DNA of 64,000 bases from Alphaproteobacteria bacterium (lineage in GTDB: Bacteria > Pseudomonadota > Alphaproteobacteria > UBA828). Both the position numbers and the translations under genes were made by a program. Shown here one piece after another: positions 63,001-64,000 of this stretch (positions are counted from its first letter, which is position 1; each line of letters begins with the position of its first letter). The stretch covers positions 544,001-608,000 of the forward strand of contig CAXXVO010000007.1 in assembly GCA_963422645.2 (NCBI GenBank). The letters run 5' to 3'. Below the pieces are notes generated by a model, which did not search any database, was not told the origin of the DNA, and saw only the letters and a program-made list of their open reading frames with translations.

Positions 63001-64000
63001 ATGCCACGCGATACCGTACGCCTGACGATGGCGCAGGCCCTGGTCCGCTATCTTTGCAGCCAGCACACCATCATCGACGCAGAGCAGGTTCCGCTCTTCG
63101 CCGGTGTGTTCGCGATCTTCGGCCACGGCAACGTCACCTGTCTCTCGGAGGCGCTGGAGCCGGTTCAGGACCGGCTGCCGACCTGGCGCGGGCAGAACGA
63201 GCAATCCATGGCGCTGGCGGCCATGGGCTACGCCAAGGCGAAGCGCCGGCGCCAGATCATGATCGCGACGTCCTCGATCGGCCCGGGCGCGCTCAACATG
63301 ATGACGGCTGCGGGCGCGGCCCATGCCAACCGGCTGCCGATGCTGATCCTCGCGGGCGATACCTTCATGAACCGGCTGCCCGATCCGGTGCTGCAACAGG
63401 TGGAGCACTTCGGCGACCCCACCGTCACCGTGAACGACGCCTTCAAGGCGGTCTCGCGCTACTGGGACCGGATCGCGCACCCGGCGCAGCTGATGGCGTC
63501 GCTGCCGCAGGCCATCGCCACCATGCTCGACCCGGGCGACTGCGGCCCTGCCTTTATCGCGCTGCCCCAGGACACGCAGGAGATGGCCTTCGACTACCCG
63601 GAGGCGTTCTTCGAGGAGCGGGTCTGGACCATCCCCCGCCCGCGCCCGGACCGTGACCGCGTGGCCGAGGCTGCGGCGTTGCTGCAGACGGCGAAATCGC
63701 CGCTCATCATCTCGGGCGGCGGGGTGCGCTACTCCGGCGCCGAGGCGGCGGTGGCGGCCTTTGCCGCCGAGCGCGGGATTCCGGTGGTCGAGACGATTGC
63801 CGGCAAGGGTGCGTTCAGCCACGACGACCCGGTCCATTGCGGCCCGATCGGGGTGGTGGGCTCGACCTCGGCCAATACCCTCGCCGCAAGCGCCGACGTG
63901 ATCCTCGCCATCGGCACCCGGCTGCAGGACTTCACCACCGGGTCGTGGACCGCGTTTGCGCACGATGCGGCCTTCATCTCGATCAACGCCGCGCGCTGGG
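63001..64000 (+). CDS. iolD: 3D-(3,5/4)-trihydroxycyclohexane-1,2-dione acylhydrolase (runs off the window edge)
   Basis: Read manually: RLTMAQALVRYL, IFGHGNV, GQNEQSMA, SSIGPGALNM, PDPVLQQVE and GTRLQDFTTGS. Confidence 0.93.
   Translation, partial: MPRDTVRLTMAQALVRYLCSQHTIIDAEQVPLFAGVFAIFGHGNVTCLSEALEPVQDRLPTWRGQNEQSMALAAMGYAKAKRRRQIMIATSSIGPGALNMMTAAGAAHANRLPMLILAGDTFMNRLPDPVLQQVEHFGDPTVTVNDAFKAVSRYWDRIAHPAQLMASLPQAIATMLDPGDCGPAFIALPQDTQEMAFDYPEAFFEERVWTIPRPRPDRDRVAEAAALLQTAKSPLIISGGGVRYSGAEAAVAAFAAERGIPVVETIAGKGAFSHDDPVHCGPIGVVGSTSANTLAASADVILAIGTRLQDFTTGSWTAFAHDAAFISINAARW

Overview
GC-rich, probably alphaproteobacterial, chromosomal window. Catabolic genes sit at 1-11 kb (two 2OG-Fe(II) oxygenases, a deacetylase, a sugar-type ABC transporter, a C45 peptidase), 24.9-33.4 kb (mocD/mocE-like, PhyH dioxygenase, ABC transporter) and 59-64 kb (iolG, iolD). 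Two dense piles of mobile DNA interrupt them: 11.1-24.7 kb, starting 11 nt after a tRNA-Ser, and 33.4-59.2 kb. Termini and target duplications resolve a six-deep nest: IS21-B > IS66-DUF4338 element with 135-bp IRs > Mu-like prophage remnant > IS21-A > 5.2-kb transposon > IS1634. The IS66-DUF4338 element also holds a serine-recombinase element containing an IS1595. The best candidate for a new system is the 5.2-kb TG...CA transposon (5-bp TSD, two copies), which combines a Mu-like DDE transposase and ExeA ATPase with a helicase, a palindromic origin-like site and a primase. Also notable are a gene that gains its RBS and ATG only when the recombinase element circularises, and DNA-modification-like passenger genes in three different elements. 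Family names come from recalled motifs, not database searches. Several 1-nt frameshifts may be assembly errors.
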